A DNA stretch of 64,000 nucleotides from Deltaproteobacteria bacterium (GTDB lineage Bacteria > Myxococcota_A > UBA9042 > DTJE01), in assembly GCA_029547805.1 (NCBI GenBank), contig JAKPOP010000010.1, positions 680,452 through 744,451 on the forward strand, read 5' to 3'. Shown here in pieces: positions 48,309-58,387 of this stretch; positions within the stretch are counted from its first letter, which is position 1; the number at the start of each line of letters is the position of its first letter. Made by a program: the position numbers and the translations under genes. The notes beneath the pieces were generated by a model. The model was not told the DNA's origin, ran no database searches, and was given only the letters and a program-made list of their open reading frames with translations.

Positions 48309-50363
48309 ATGGCCCCGTGGGGCCTCGTTGCAATGCTGGCGACGGGCCTGATGGCCTCCCCCGCCGGCGCCGACACCCCGCCGGACCCCTCGCCCCGCAC
48401 GGTCCGCGTCGGCGTCTATCAGAACAAGCCCAAGGTGTTCCAGGATCCGAAGGGGCGGCCCGCCGGGCTCTTCATCGAACTGCTGGAGGAGATCGCCCGC
48501 CGGGAGGGCTGGGCCCTGCAGTTCGTGCCCTGCCGCTGGTCCGAGTGCCTGGAGGCCGTCACCCAGGGCCGGATCGACCTGATGCCCGACGTCGCCTACA
48601 GCCGCGAGCGGGACCGCCTGTTCCACTTCCACCAGACGCCGGTCATCGAGAGCTGGTCCCAGGTGTTCGCCCGGTCCACCGCCGACATCCGGACCCTGTC
48701 GGACCTGGACGGCCTGCGGATCGCCGCGCTTCGGGACTCGATCCAGGAGGCCTCCTTCCGGCAGATGATCGCCGGCTTCGGGATCCGGGCGACCCTCGTG
48801 CCCACCGAGACGCTGGAAGAGGCCTTCGAGGCGGTCCGGGAGGGTGTCGCCGACGCCGCCATCGCGAACCACATGTTCGGGGAGTACTTCCATCGCCAGT
48901 ACGGCCTGGTCCGCACGGCCATCGTGTTCGAGGTCGCGGAACTGTACTTCGTCACGGCCAGGGACCAGAACGGCGACCTGCTGGAGGCCATCGATCGCCA
49001 CCTGTCGGCCTGGGTCCGGGAGCCGAACTCGCGGTACTACGCCACCCTGTCCCGGTGGATGGACCGTCCCCCCGTCCGGCTGGTCCCCCGGCGGGTTCTG
49101 TGGGTCCTGGGCGTCGTGATGGGTCTGCTGGTCCTGGCGATCGGCGTCATCCTGGTGCTGCGCATGCAGGTCCGGTCCCGCACCCGGCGGCTGGTCCAGG
49201 TCCACGAGGAACTGCGGCAGGCCCAGAAGATGGAGGCCATCGGCAAACTGGCCGGCGGCGTCGCCCATGACTTCAACAACCAGCTGACGGTCATCCTCAG
49301 TTACGCCGAACTGGCCCTGGGCCAGATGCAAGAGTCCGATCCCGGTCACTCGGAGATTCGCGGGATCATGGAGGCGGCGGAACGGGCCGCGGCGCTGACG
49401 CACCAGTTGCTGGCCTTCAGCCGCAAGCAGGTGATGGAGATCCGTCCCCTGGACCTGAACCGGGTCATCCGCGACCTGGAGCCGATGGTCCGCCGGATCC
49501 TGGGGGAGGACATCGTGATCACCCTGGACCTGGCATCAGGCCTGGGGCAGGTCCTGGCCGATCCCAGCCAGATGGAACAGGTGCTGATGAACCTGGTCGT
49601 GAACGCCCGGGACGCGATGCCCTCGGGAGGGAGGCTGACCATCCGCACCAGCGCCGTTCGCATGGAGGACGTCGTTCCCCGGGGCCAGGCCGACATGAGA
49701 CCGGGGCCCGGCATCCTGTTGACCGTGTCGGACACCGGCATCGGGATGGACGAGGCGACCCGCCTCCGCGTCTTCGAGCCGTTCTTCACCACCAAGGAGC
49801 CCGGCAAGGGGACCGGCCTGGGCCTCTCGACGGTCTATGGCATCGTCCGGCAGAGCGGCGGCCACATCTGGGTCCAGAGCAGGCCCGGGGAGGGCACCAC
49901 GTTCCACATCTGCCTCCCGGAGGCCCCCGAGGCGCCAGCGGCCAGCGACGGCCCGCCCCGACCGGAGGCTGCTCCGTCCACCGGCCCCCACGGCACCGAG
50001 ACGGTCCTGCTGGTCGAGGACGAGGCGTCGATCCGGGCCCTGGAGCAACAGGCGCTGCGTGCCGCCGGCTTCACGGTCCTGGCAGCGGCCGACAGCGACG
50101 AGGCCCTCCGGCTGGCCCGGCAGCACCCGGGCGAGATCCACCTGCTCCTGACGGACCTGGTCCTGCCGGGCGACAGCGGTGCCGCCCTGGCCCGCGAGGT
50201 GGTCACGGCGCGACCCCGGATCCGCGTGCTGTACATGTCCGGCTACACCGACGACATGGCGGTCCGCCAGGGGATGCTGGACCCCGGCGCCCGGTTCATC
50301 GCCAAGCCCTTCACCACCGAGTCCCTGGTCCGGAAGGTCCGGGAGACGCTGGACCGCCCCTGA
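48309..50363 (+). CDS. Hybrid sensor histidine kinase with periplasmic solute-binding (SBP_bac_3-like) sensor, TM, HisKA, HATPase_c and C-terminal receiver
   Basis: Start at signal peptide [21 protein letters not shown] (alternative ATG at about 48216). H-box [12 protein letters not shown]-boxes DTGIGMD / GTGLGLS. REC with LVEDE...D...K. Confidence 0.8.
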   Translation: MAPWGLVAMLATGLMASPAGADTPPDPSPRTVRVGVYQNKPKVFQDPKGRPAGLFIELLEEIARREGWALQFVPCRWSECLEAVTQGRIDLMPDVAYSRERDRLFHFHQTPVIESWSQVFARSTADIRTLSDLDGLRIAALRDSIQEASFRQMIAGFGIRATLVPTETLEEAFEAVREGVADAAIANHMFGEYFHRQYGLVRTAIVFEVAELYFVTARDQNGDLLEAIDRHLSAWVREPNSRYYATLSRWMDRPPVRLVPRRVLWVLGVVMGLLVLAIGVILVLRMQVRSRTRRLVQVHEELRQAQKMEAIGKLAGGVAHDFNNQLTVILSYAELALGQMQESDPGHSEIRGIMEAAERAAALTHQLLAFSRKQVMEIRPLDLNRVIRDLEPMVRRILGEDIVITLDLASGLGQVLADPSQMEQVLMNLVVNARDAMPSGGRLTIRTSAVRMEDVVPRGQADMRPGPGILLTVSDTGIGMDEATRLRVFEPFFTTKEPGKGTGLGLSTVYGIVRQSGGHIWVQSRPGEGTTFHICLPEAPEAPAASDGPPRPEAAPSTGPHGTETVLLVEDEASIRALEQQALRAAGFTVLAAADSDEALRLARQHPGEIHLLLTDLVLPGDSGAALAREVVTARPRIRVLYMSGYTDDMAVRQGMLDPGARFIAKPFTTESLVRKVRETLDRP

Positions 50364-50433
50364 CCCGATGCCTGGATCGGGAAATCAAGGACTCTCGCAG
50401 ATGCCCAGGCGATCCAGGGGAGTCAGTGTCCGG

Positions 50434-50862
50434 TCAGGCACTGACCATGGGGGGATGCTGTTTTGAGAAGGTGGAGACACCATCAAGCGATCGCTGCGCC
50501 GGAGGACGCAGCAACCCTGCGGCGCAGGAGCCTGGCATCGGTGGTGAGACAGATCCAACCGGCAGAGACGTCGATTCTGCGGCCGTGATCCTGGTTGAGC
50601 CTTCGGGGCTTGTCCCTACCTGGCCGGACCATGCTCGACGACTGGGGCGGCACCGTCGCGGTCCTGGATGTCGGCGGGCTGAATGACGACGACCAGGCGC
50701 AGGCCCAGCAGGTCCACCAGCCGGTGGCTCTTGCGGCCCTGGACCTTCTTGCCATCGTCGAATCCCTTGGGGCCGCCCTGCGGCGAGGTCTTCACGGACG
50801 AACGCGCTCCAGGCCTGTCGGGAAGGCCGTCCAGGAGGTCGCATGATGGCATCCGCCCTCAC
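50434..50862 (-). mobile_element. IS5-family (DDE) transposase remnant (internal fragment, frameshifted/truncated pseudogene)
   Basis: Minus-strand ORF 50616..50852 encodes ...GFDDGKKVQGRKSHRLVDLLGLRLVVVIQPADIQDRDGA..., the conserved IS5/IS4 DDE core (GKKxKGRKRHxxVDxxGL...DxQDRDGA). Flanking frames are broken. Local GC is lower than the surroundings. Confidence 0.6.
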
Positions 50863-51023
50863 GCGGACCTCCGCAACGGACAGGACGAAGACGCCTTCAT
50901 TGACTCGCGGGCGTCGTCAGGTACAGTGTCCAGCAAACCGGGTGCGATACGAACTCAACCAGCCGCGTAAAGAACTCATGTCTCGCAAGTCTCGCAGCGG
51001 GAGAGCCAGAAGGGGGAAGCGCG

Positions 51024-52433
51024 ATGACAAGCAGCCTCTACCGGTACCAGCAGGAAGGCGTCGCGTTCCTCGCTGACAGGAGATACGCCCTCTTGGCCGA
51101 TGAAATGGGCCTGGGCAAAACGGTCCAGGCCATCAAAGCGGCAGACGCCATCGGCGCCAGGCATATCCTGGTCGTCTGCCCGCTCTCCCTTGCTGCCAAC
51201 TGGCAGAAGGAAATCGAGAGGTGGTCCGACAACCCCCAGTCCGCCCTCTGCCGTCAACCGACGGACTTCACGTTCATGCGCCCGCGCTGGTCCATCGTGA
51301 ACTACGAAATGCTCAAGAAGGTCCCGCCGAATATCACTTACGACCTGATGATTCTCGACGAGGCCCACTACATCAAGAATCCCAAGTCACAACGCACGGT
51401 CGCGGTTTTTGGGAAGGACCGGAAGGGAGACCCGCCGTCCCTGTTCCAGCGATGCGCCCGCGTCTGGTTCCTGACAGGAACGCCTGTCCTCAACCGCCCC
51501 ATCGACCTCTGGCCGTTCGTTCATTTTGTCATGCGGCACCGCTCCTGGTGGTTCTACGTCCGGGACTTCTGCAATGCCAAGAAAACCCCGTTCGGCCTCG
51601 ACGTTTCCGGTGCCTCCAACACCGACCAACTTCATACCATGCTCAAACCCTACCTGCTTCGGCGCCGAAAGGCCGAGGTTCTCAAGGAACTCCCCCCGAA
51701 GGTCGTCCAGGTCTTGCCCCTGGAACCAGAACAGGCAATGTCCCGCCTGGCGTCCAGGCTTGCGTCCATCGTCGCCACGTCCGCGTCCGGAGCATTGCAG
51801 CGATACATCGACAGCGGCCTGGCTGGACCATTGCCACCGGGAACCGGGGAACTCGCCACCATCCGCCGGGAACTCGGCCTGGCCAAGGTCAAGCAGGTCA
51901 CGGAAATCGTCAACAACATTCTGGAATCAGAGCAGAAATGCGTCGTCTTCGCCATTCACAAGGACGTTGTGTCCCTTCTCCGGGATGCACTGAAACAACA
52001 TGGGGTAGTCACCATCACAGGGGATACCCCGGTGGAGGAACGCAACGTGGCGGTGGACAGGTTCCAGAACTCCAAGAACGTCCGCGTCATCATTGGTACC
52101 ATCGGCGCGATGGGTGTCGGCCTGACCCTGACCGCATCCTCCACCGTCGTCTTCGCAGAAATCGACTGGTCACCAGCCCTCATGCAGCAGGCAGAAGACC
52201 GCTGCCACCGCATCGGGCAGCAGAACGTCGTCTGCGTCCAACTACCCGTCGCCCCAGGCTCCATCGAGGAACGCATTGCCAGCCTCGTTGCCTGGAAATC
52301 ACGCGTGGCTGCTTGCATCGTCGATGGAGTGGAGCATGCCCAAACGCAGGGCGGTCCGAAGTGGACCCGATTTTTCAGACGGATATGGACCCGGCTTTTT
52401 GGGCAACGTGCCAAGAGAAACCCTCGTCCATGA
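51024..52433 (+). CDS. Compact SNF2-family helicase (phage-type: SNF2_N + Helicase_C only)
   Basis: 469 aa. YRYQQEGVAFL...LADEMGLGKTVQ (motif I). DEAH box MILDEAHYIKN. Helicase C motifs ...GVGLTLTASSTVVFAEIDWSPALMQQAEDRCHRIGQ. SD AGAAGGGGGAAG upstream. Codon usage and GC visibly lower than neighbouring genes. Confidence 0.85.
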   Translation: MTSSLYRYQQEGVAFLADRRYALLADEMGLGKTVQAIKAADAIGARHILVVCPLSLAANWQKEIERWSDNPQSALCRQPTDFTFMRPRWSIVNYEMLKKVPPNITYDLMILDEAHYIKNPKSQRTVAVFGKDRKGDPPSLFQRCARVWFLTGTPVLNRPIDLWPFVHFVMRHRSWWFYVRDFCNAKKTPFGLDVSGASNTDQLHTMLKPYLLRRRKAEVLKELPPKVVQVLPLEPEQAMSRLASRLASIVATSASGALQRYIDSGLAGPLPPGTGELATIRRELGLAKVKQVTEIVNNILESEQKCVVFAIHKDVVSLLRDALKQHGVVTITGDTPVEERNVAVDRFQNSKNVRVIIGTIGAMGVGLTLTASSTVVFAEIDWSPALMQQAEDRCHRIGQQNVVCVQLPVAPGSIEERIASLVAWKSRVAACIVDGVEHAQTQGGPKWTRFFRRIWTRLFGQRAKRNPRP

Positions 52434-52760
52434 AGGCCCGGTAAGACCAAGGAGGGGAGTACGGAATCGACGCGAAGAAAGCACACTGCAGGGTTCAAGG
52501 CGGAGGTGGCTTTGGGGGCGTTGCAGTAGGACGCGACCGTGGTGCGGCCTGAAGTACGAGGAGATGTCCTTGAAGGCCCACTCCACAGGTCAGTCGGGCA
52601 TCCATGACGCTTCGATACCTCCATGACATCGCTGGCTCCTGTCGCCAGTCCATACCCCAACGGGTCACCCATCTGCCCGGTCTGGCCTGTCACGGATTGA
52701 CCCGGTCTGGACGCATTTCTGGCTCCAAGGCGAATGAGTGAAAATCCGTCCTGGCACCCC

Positions 52761-53732
52761 TCACGGGGGAGACAGGGGCTGGAGGAGGCGCTGGAGGGCC
52801 AGGGGGACGGAGGGGCTGTAGGCCCAGTCCCGGTCCCAGGCCAGCAGGGCCTCGGCCATCTCCAGCACGCCGTCGATCCCGATCCGATCGACCAGGGCCT
52901 GCATCGGCCTGATCAGGTCCGGGTGGGCGCACTCGGACTCGGGCAGCCCCAGGGCCACCCGCAACAGGTCCCGGACCAGGGACTCGATCCAGACCATCCG
53001 GGCCAGATTCTGCTCCCGGCCCCGACCGAGGCCCTCGAACCACTGGAAGCGGGCGGTGACATGAGGCACGTCCAGCAGGGCCCTCAAGAGGTCCTCCCCC
53101 TCGGCCAGGTCCTCGGCCTGGGCCAGGCGCATCGCGCTCCCCGGACTGCCCCGGGCCACCAGTGCGGCGACCTGCGCCGTCTCGCCGGGAATGCCCCGGG
53201 CCACCAGCAGGGAGCGGACCTCGTCGGTGGAGAGGCGGCCGAAGGCGACGGGGAAGCACCGGGAGACCACGGTCCGGGGCAGGAGGTCCGGGGCCGAGGT
53301 GACCAGGATGAAGATCACGCCGGGCGGGGGCTCCTCCAGGGTCTTGAGGGCCGCGTTGGCCGCCTCGATCTTCAGTCGGTGGGCGTCGTCCAGCACCAGT
53401 CCCTTCACCGGACCGACCACCGGGGGAAAGTACAGGCGCGGCATCGCGTTGCGGACCTGCTCGATCTTCAGGAAGACCCCGTCGGGCACGAGCACCTCGA
53501 TGTCCGGGAAGAGACCCTGGTCCACCTGCCGGCAGGAGAGGCACTCCCCGCAGGAGTCCTCCTCCGTCCGGTTCCGGCAGACCAGGAAGGACAGGAAGGC
53601 CATCGCAACGGTCCGCTTGCCAACCCCCTCGGGTCCATGGAACAGCCAGGCATGGCCCAGGTGGTCCCGAATGGCCATCTGCCGCAGCACCTCGATGACG
53701 GAGCGATGGCCGACGACGTCCCGGAAGCGCAT
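52761..53732 (-). CDS. holB: DNA polymerase III delta-prime subunit
   Basis: Start at MRFRDVVGHRSVIEVL (M12 of the track ORF). AAA+ P-loop-like GPEGVGKRT. Zn-module CGECLSC. SRC motif VVSRC. Confidence 0.8.
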   Translation of the reverse strand: MRFRDVVGHRSVIEVLRQMAIRDHLGHAWLFHGPEGVGKRTVAMAFLSFLVCRNRTEEDSCGECLSCRQVDQGLFPDIEVLVPDGVFLKIEQVRNAMPRLYFPPVVGPVKGLVLDDAHRLKIEAANAALKTLEEPPPGVIFILVTSAPDLLPRTVVSRCFPVAFGRLSTDEVRSLLVARGIPGETAQVAALVARGSPGSAMRLAQAEDLAEGEDLLRALLDVPHVTARFQWFEGLGRGREQNLARMVWIESLVRDLLRVALGLPESECAHPDLIRPMQALVDRIGIDGVLEMAEALLAWDRDWAYSPSVPLALQRLLQPLSPP

Positions 53733-53956
53733 GGCTCCCTCCCCAGACCGCCCTGAGATTACCACGAAGCGTCAGGGCCGCACGGGCCTCGCACCGGCCG
53801 CGCAGTCGGCCTCCCTGACGCCCTGGGCGCCCGCCAGCACGAAGACCCGCGCGGGATCGGCGTTGATCAGAGCCACCGGGCCCAGGTGCAGCGTGCGCCC
53901 CTGGACCATGAGGGGGTGGTTCACGAGCAGAGCCTCCGTCCGGATCGGCGCCGAGG

Positions 53957-56506
53957 TCACCGGGAGGACCGGGCCCGGGACGGAGGCCGGGACTCGTCGG
54001 GGACCGGCACGGATCGCCGGCGGCCCAGGACCAGCAGGAGGCCCAGGCCCAGGAGCCCCCACACACCCGAGGCCGTCCCTTCCGAGGCCGCGGTTCCGCA
54101 CCCGCTGGAAGTGCGTCGGCCACCAGGACCCACGTCCTCGCCGGCAGGGTCCCCCTGGGGCCCCGGCGTCTCGGCCACGGCATCCTGTCCAGGACCAGGC
54201 TCCCGCAGGTCCCGGGCCTCGCCGTCGGGTCCAGCCTCGCCTGCGTCCGATCCACCCGACAGGTCGGAGGGTCCCTGGTCGGGCAGGTCTACGGTCCCGA
54301 CGTCCGACGGGGTGTCGGGGGCCTCGGGACCGGGGGCCTCGGGGGTGGGTTCGGGGTCACAGGCCGGGTCATGGACGCCGACACAGAGGCCCCGGCCGTC
54401 GCAGGAATCCTCCCGGGTGCAGGGATCCCCGTCGTCGCACTCGGTGCCCTCCTCGGCGAAGGGGCTGGTGCAGGTCCCGGTCCCGGGGTCGCAGGTCCCG
54501 GCGACGTGGCAGGGCGAGGCCGGAAGACACATCACCAGATCCTCGCCCACACAGATCCCGTCCCGGCAGGCATCGGATCGGGTACAGGGGTTCCCGTCGT
54601 CGCACCCCGTCCCGTCGGTGGCCGGAGGATTCGTGCAGGTCCCGGTCGCCGGGTCGCACCGCCCGGCCACGTGGCACGCGTCCTGGGCCATGCACGTCAC
54701 CGGGTTCCCGCCGGTGCAGACCCCCGCCACACACCGGTCCGTCCGGGTGCAGGCATTCCCGTCGTCGCACCCCGTCCCGTCGGCCGCCGGGGTCTTCCGG
54801 CAGGTCCCATCCACGCAACTCTCCACCGTGCAGGGGTTCCCGTCGTCCGGGCACGCGCCACAATCGACGCACCCGTCGAACCCGCAGGATCCTGCATCAC
54901 AGGCCGCCCCGATCGTGCAGACCCGGAACGAGATCGTGGTTCCGGTAGCCCCGATGTCGAAGACGCGAATGCCTCCCGGGGCCCCTGACGACAGGAACGG
55001 ATAGGGGTTCCGGCCGGCGCTGAAGTCGGTCCGGCCGTAGTCCTGGGCCATCACCGCATTCTCGATGGTCCCCTCGGCAGAGGGCGTCCCGCCGGGCCGG
55101 AAGACATACACCTCGTCGGGCGGTCCCTCGGAGTTCCCCGACAGGGAGGGGTTGACGCGATAGGCCAGCAGGCCGGTCCCCGGCAGGGACGTCTCGTACG
55201 ACCCGGTCCGCCTTCGGTACTCCAGGAAGAAGTACTCGGTGGACGACCCGGGCGCCGCCACCAGCAGGTGGTTGTCCACGGGGCTGGTGACGTCGTTGAG
55301 GGTGAACCGCCCGCGCACCACTTGCCTGAGCGCCGGGATCCACCCGCCGTAGCGATACTTCATGTAGGCGCCCATGTGCTGGGGCGTCGGAAAGGTCCCC
55401 TCCATCAGGTCCCAGGGCCCCACCGGCGTCCGGCCATCCAGGCTGTAGTGATAGAGGTCCGGCGCGCCCAGCGTGTGGAACATCTCGTGGCACAGCACCC
55501 CCAGCTCGATCCAGGAGGACAGTTGGAGGTTGAAGTCCCACACCCGCTTGCCCCGAATGTCGGCCTCGTACAGGTAGAGGGACCACCGATGGGGCCACAG
55601 CAGTTCGGCCCAGGAACCGTAGGCCCCCTGGACCACCAGCACGACGCTGTCCACGTAGCCGTCGGCATCGGCGTCGATGTTCAGTTCCGCTGGGACCTGG
55701 CCGGCAATGGCGGTCACCGCCCGGGCCACCAGGGCCTGTTCCCGTTCGATCCGCTGGGAACCGTCAGCCCCCCCCTGGTAGCCACCCGGATTGAACCAGG
55801 GGTCGTAGGGCTCGTAGTAGGACCTCGGATAGGGGTCCTGGTAGGAGACGACGTACCCCCCGGAGGGCACCGGGAAGAAGGAGGACTGGATGGCCAGTTG
55901 CTGGTAGGAGACCTCCCGGAAGTAGGACCACATCGAGAGGCCAGGGCCGTTCATGAGCCCGTCATAGACCCCGATGGGCTGGCCGAACTCGGCCTGGTCG
56001 CTGAACCGGACGAAGACCACCAGATTGTTCAGGACCCCTCGACGGGGGGCGGGATTCAGCGGTGCGGGGGACAGGGATGGCGTCGTCGGGGTTCCGGAAT
56101 CCGGGGCCCGGGAGGGCGACGGGACCCGGGGTGGCCGGGGCACCGCGCCCAGCCAGGGGACCAGCGTCTGTGGCGCATCGGCGGCCTGCGGCGACAGTCC
56201 CATCCGCTCCGGGTCGGCCTGGCCGACGGCCAGCACTGTGGGGACCAGCCGCCCGCCCACCTCCGCCCCGTACACCCACCAGCCCGTCGGGTCCCGGACC
56301 ACGGTGAATCCCCGGGCGTCGTGGACCCGCTGGCGGTACTCGTCGCCGCTGACCAGGAGCCACCACTCGGTGCCGTCAGGCTGCACGACCCGGACCGGCC
56401 TGTCCCGCAGCGGCGCCCCTGCCGCCGGACCACCGGCGAGGACTCCCAGCAGCATCGCGACTGCCAGCCGTCGAAACCTGCCACCGATCCCCAACCACCG
56501 GGCCAT
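53957..56506 (-). CDS. M6-family (immune-inhibitor-A-like) zinc metalloprotease with C-terminal Cys-rich repeats and MYXO-CTERM-type tail
   Basis: Signal MARWLGIGGRFRRLAVAMLLGVLAGGPAAGA. HExxH CHEMFHTLG. Repeats CDDGNACTRTDRC... (same module as the gene at 12008). Tail ...SSGCGTAASEGTASGVWGLLGLGLLLVLGRRR, followed by 18 extra residues before the stop. Confidence 0.85.
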   Translation of the reverse strand: MARWLGIGGRFRRLAVAMLLGVLAGGPAAGAPLRDRPVRVVQPDGTEWWLLVSGDEYRQRVHDARGFTVVRDPTGWWVYGAEVGGRLVPTVLAVGQADPERMGLSPQAADAPQTLVPWLGAVPRPPRVPSPSRAPDSGTPTTPSLSPAPLNPAPRRGVLNNLVVFVRFSDQAEFGQPIGVYDGLMNGPGLSMWSYFREVSYQQLAIQSSFFPVPSGGYVVSYQDPYPRSYYEPYDPWFNPGGYQGGADGSQRIEREQALVARAVTAIAGQVPAELNIDADADGYVDSVVLVVQGAYGSWAELLWPHRWSLYLYEADIRGKRVWDFNLQLSSWIELGVLCHEMFHTLGAPDLYHYSLDGRTPVGPWDLMEGTFPTPQHMGAYMKYRYGGWIPALRQVVRGRFTLNDVTSPVDNHLLVAAPGSSTEYFFLEYRRRTGSYETSLPGTGLLAYRVNPSLSGNSEGPPDEVYVFRPGGTPSAEGTIENAVMAQDYGRTDFSAGRNPYPFLSSGAPGGIRVFDIGATGTTISFRVCTIGAACDAGSCGFDGCVDCGACPDDGNPCTVESCVDGTCRKTPAADGTGCDDGNACTRTDRCVAGVCTGGNPVTCMAQDACHVAGRCDPATGTCTNPPATDGTGCDDGNPCTRSDACRDGICVGEDLVMCLPASPCHVAGTCDPGTGTCTSPFAEEGTECDDGDPCTREDSCDGRGLCVGVHDPACDPEPTPEAPGPEAPDTPSDVGTVDLPDQGPSDLSGGSDAGEAGPDGEARDLREPGPGQDAVAETPGPQGDPAGEDVGPGGRRTSSGCGTAASEGTASGVWGLLGLGLLLVLGRRRSVPVPDESRPPSRARSSR

Positions 56507-56626
56507 GGGCGCCTCCGCGACAGCGACGCCTCCCGAACACCCCAGAGGCGCCCGGGCGGCGCTGCATGGTCCCGGATCGACTCCGGGGTGTCAATCGGAC
56601 CGGAATCCGACGTCCAGGGGTTGCCC

Positions 56627-58387
56627 TCATCGCCCGCAGTTACGACCGGGACCATCGTCGAACACCTGGGGGTCGGCCCCGCCGGGGACCGGGGTCGAGG
56701 ACTCGGGGGCGGCGATGCTCCAGGCCTCCCCGACCAGCAGCATGTTGTCCAGGGGATAACTGGACAGGAAGGTCTTCAGGAATCGGAGCGAGTAGCCCCC
56801 GATCAGGACGTCGCACTCCTCGGGAATCCCGTCGGGGTCCACCTGGGGGGGATCGCCCCCGCAGGGGGGCATCGTCCCGGAGGATCCCGGCATGCAGCCG
56901 GAGATTGCCCCGCGGCAGTATTCGCCAACCAGGATGCCGTCCAGATCGTCCAGGGCCTTCCGCCCGGTGGCGTGGATCTCCAGCAGGCCCTCGGCCACCT
57001 GCGGCACTCCCCCCGAGTCGTCGAACCGGGCCTGCAGGGTCAGTTCCTGGACCTCCAGGCGGACATGCCATGCCGGGTCCAGCGGAACGCCCAGCAGGGC
57101 CCGCAGCAGGGGCGCCAGGTCCATCTCCATCCGGGTCGGCCCTCCCGTGGCGCAGGGGCCGTCCATCTGGACCGGGAAGTCCACGCAGGACACCTCGTCC
57201 AGGGAACCGTAGTAGTCCCCCTGCCGCCGGGCGAAGGTCATCCGGCCCTCGAAGCGACGGGTCCCGGGATCCCAGGAGTCCAGCCGGAACACGAAGGGCA
57301 TGTCGTCCAGGCCGTCCCCCTCGAAGCCCGTCAGGCCCGGGAGGTTCGTGGAGATGGTCCCCAGGTGCAGGACCTGGACCGTGCCGACGGCCGCGGAGGG
57401 GTCCTCCAGGGGCTCCCCGGCCGGGTCGCACCGAAATTCCGGGAGGCTCCCGAAGGGGATCTCCGACTCGTTGACGATGGTGAGACGACGGGCCTCGGGG
57501 TCGAACTCCACCAGGTAGTAGAACACCCCCGAGGGGTCCACGTTGCGCACCAGGTAGTAGGGAAGCCCGCAGAAGGTCCCCTTCCAGAAGCCGTGGAGAT
57601 GGCCGGCGAAGACCCCCTGGAACACGCCCGGGTGATCGGTGATGACCTGGCACAGGGTGTCCTCGCCGCCGCTGGCCAGTTCCTCGGTGGGGGGATGATG
57701 GAAGAAGAGGATCGTGGGCATCCCATCGGCCACCTGGGTCCGCAGCCAGGCCAGTTGCGCACCGGTGAAGGACCCCACCAGGCCGCTGGACGAGAGCCAC
57801 TGGCTGCCCGCCATCGAGTTCATCATCACGAGGCGCACCCCGTCCTGGACCACCGCGTCGTCCAGGTCCCTGCCCAGCACCGAGGACAGCCACGCATCCC
57901 GGGCCGCCTTGTCGGCGGTGATCCGAAGCATCTCGTCCCGGTAGTACTCGTGGTTGCCGACCCCGATGTGGACCGGCCACTTCAGGCCCCCGAGCGTCCG
58001 GATCGCGATCCGGAAGGTGGACTCGTCCTCTGGCTGGAGGTCGTCGGAGAGGTAGTCCACCAGGTCGCCGGTGACGACGACCAGGTCTGCCGGGAAATCG
58101 ATCCCGTTCAGGTGATCCACCGCCTTCACGACGTGGGCCGGGTCCGGGTGGGCCGCGTCGCCCCAGACATGGACGTCCGAGATGTGGATGAACCGCAGCA
58201 CCCGCGGTGGCGAAGCGACCTCTGGTGCCTCATCCCACCCATCGGTCCCGGCGGCCATGTCGTCCAGCGAGATGTCCCGCCCCGAGTCGGTGAGGCCCCC
58301 GTCCTCGGCCAGGTCCCTGCCGCCGTCACCCCCGGGATCGACGTCCCGGACGTCTGCATCGCCCGGAGACCCTCCCCCCCCCTCCAC
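56627..58387 (-). CDS. Calcineurin-like metallophosphoesterase, probably a lipoprotein whose signal peptide lies in another frame upstream of a G9 homopolymer
   Basis: Motifs HISDVH, VTGDLVD, GNHE, HHP, GHLHG. The annotated frame begins at GTG 58387 with a Gly/Asp-rich linker. An ATG at about 58430 in the adjacent frame encodes MKRGIPILACLVLACGGGG (signal + lipobox) and runs into the G-run. Confidence 0.75.
   Translation of the reverse strand: MEGGGGSPGDADVRDVDPGGDGGRDLAEDGGLTDSGRDISLDDMAAGTDGWDEAPEVASPPRVLRFIHISDVHVWGDAAHPDPAHVVKAVDHLNGIDFPADLVVVTGDLVDYLSDDLQPEDESTFRIAIRTLGGLKWPVHIGVGNHEYYRDEMLRITADKAARDAWLSSVLGRDLDDAVVQDGVRLVMMNSMAGSQWLSSSGLVGSFTGAQLAWLRTQVADGMPTILFFHHPPTEELASGGEDTLCQVITDHPGVFQGVFAGHLHGFWKGTFCGLPYYLVRNVDPSGVFYYLVEFDPEARRLTIVNESEIPFGSLPEFRCDPAGEPLEDPSAAVGTVQVLHLGTISTNLPGLTGFEGDGLDDMPFVFRLDSWDPGTRRFEGRMTFARRQGDYYGSLDEVSCVDFPVQMDGPCATGGPTRMEMDLAPLLRALLGVPLDPAWHVRLEVQELTLQARFDDSGGVPQVAEGLLEIHATGRKALDDLDGILVGEYCRGAISGCMPGSSGTMPPCGGDPPQVDPDGIPEECDVLIGGYSLRFLKTFLSSYPLDNMLLVGEAWSIAAPESSTPVPGGADPQVFDDGPGRNCGR
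58372..58381 (-). repeat. Homopolymeric G9 (C9 on top strand) tract at the signal-peptide/mature-domain junction of the metallophosphoesterase gene
   Basis: Read directly. The track translations of both overlapping frames (..LACGGGGRVSG.. and MEGGGGSPGD..) require a nine-G run. Removing one G fuses the lipoprotein signal to the enzyme body in frame. Confidence 0.7.

Noticed and set aside
50364-50400. Hairpin CCCGAT-GCCTGG-ATCGGG right after the kinase stop as a terminator
   Set aside because: No downstream U-tract. More likely incidental or an element boundary.
50843-51076. 77-aa highly basic ORF overlapping the IS remnant and the SNF2 start
   Set aside because: No SD and out of frame with both flanking features. 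Composition is that of a shadow frame. Likely non-coding.
52276-52626. 116-aa (+) and 95-aa (-) ORFs in the right flank of the islet
   Set aside because: They overlap the 3' end of the helicase gene or each other, and have no start context. Probably decayed remnants.
53772-54101. 109-aa long form of the small ORF upstream of holB
   Set aside because: The N-terminal 64 residues are G/P/R-rich and overlap the M6 protease 3' end. Only the 45-codon core is kept, as a low-interest finding.
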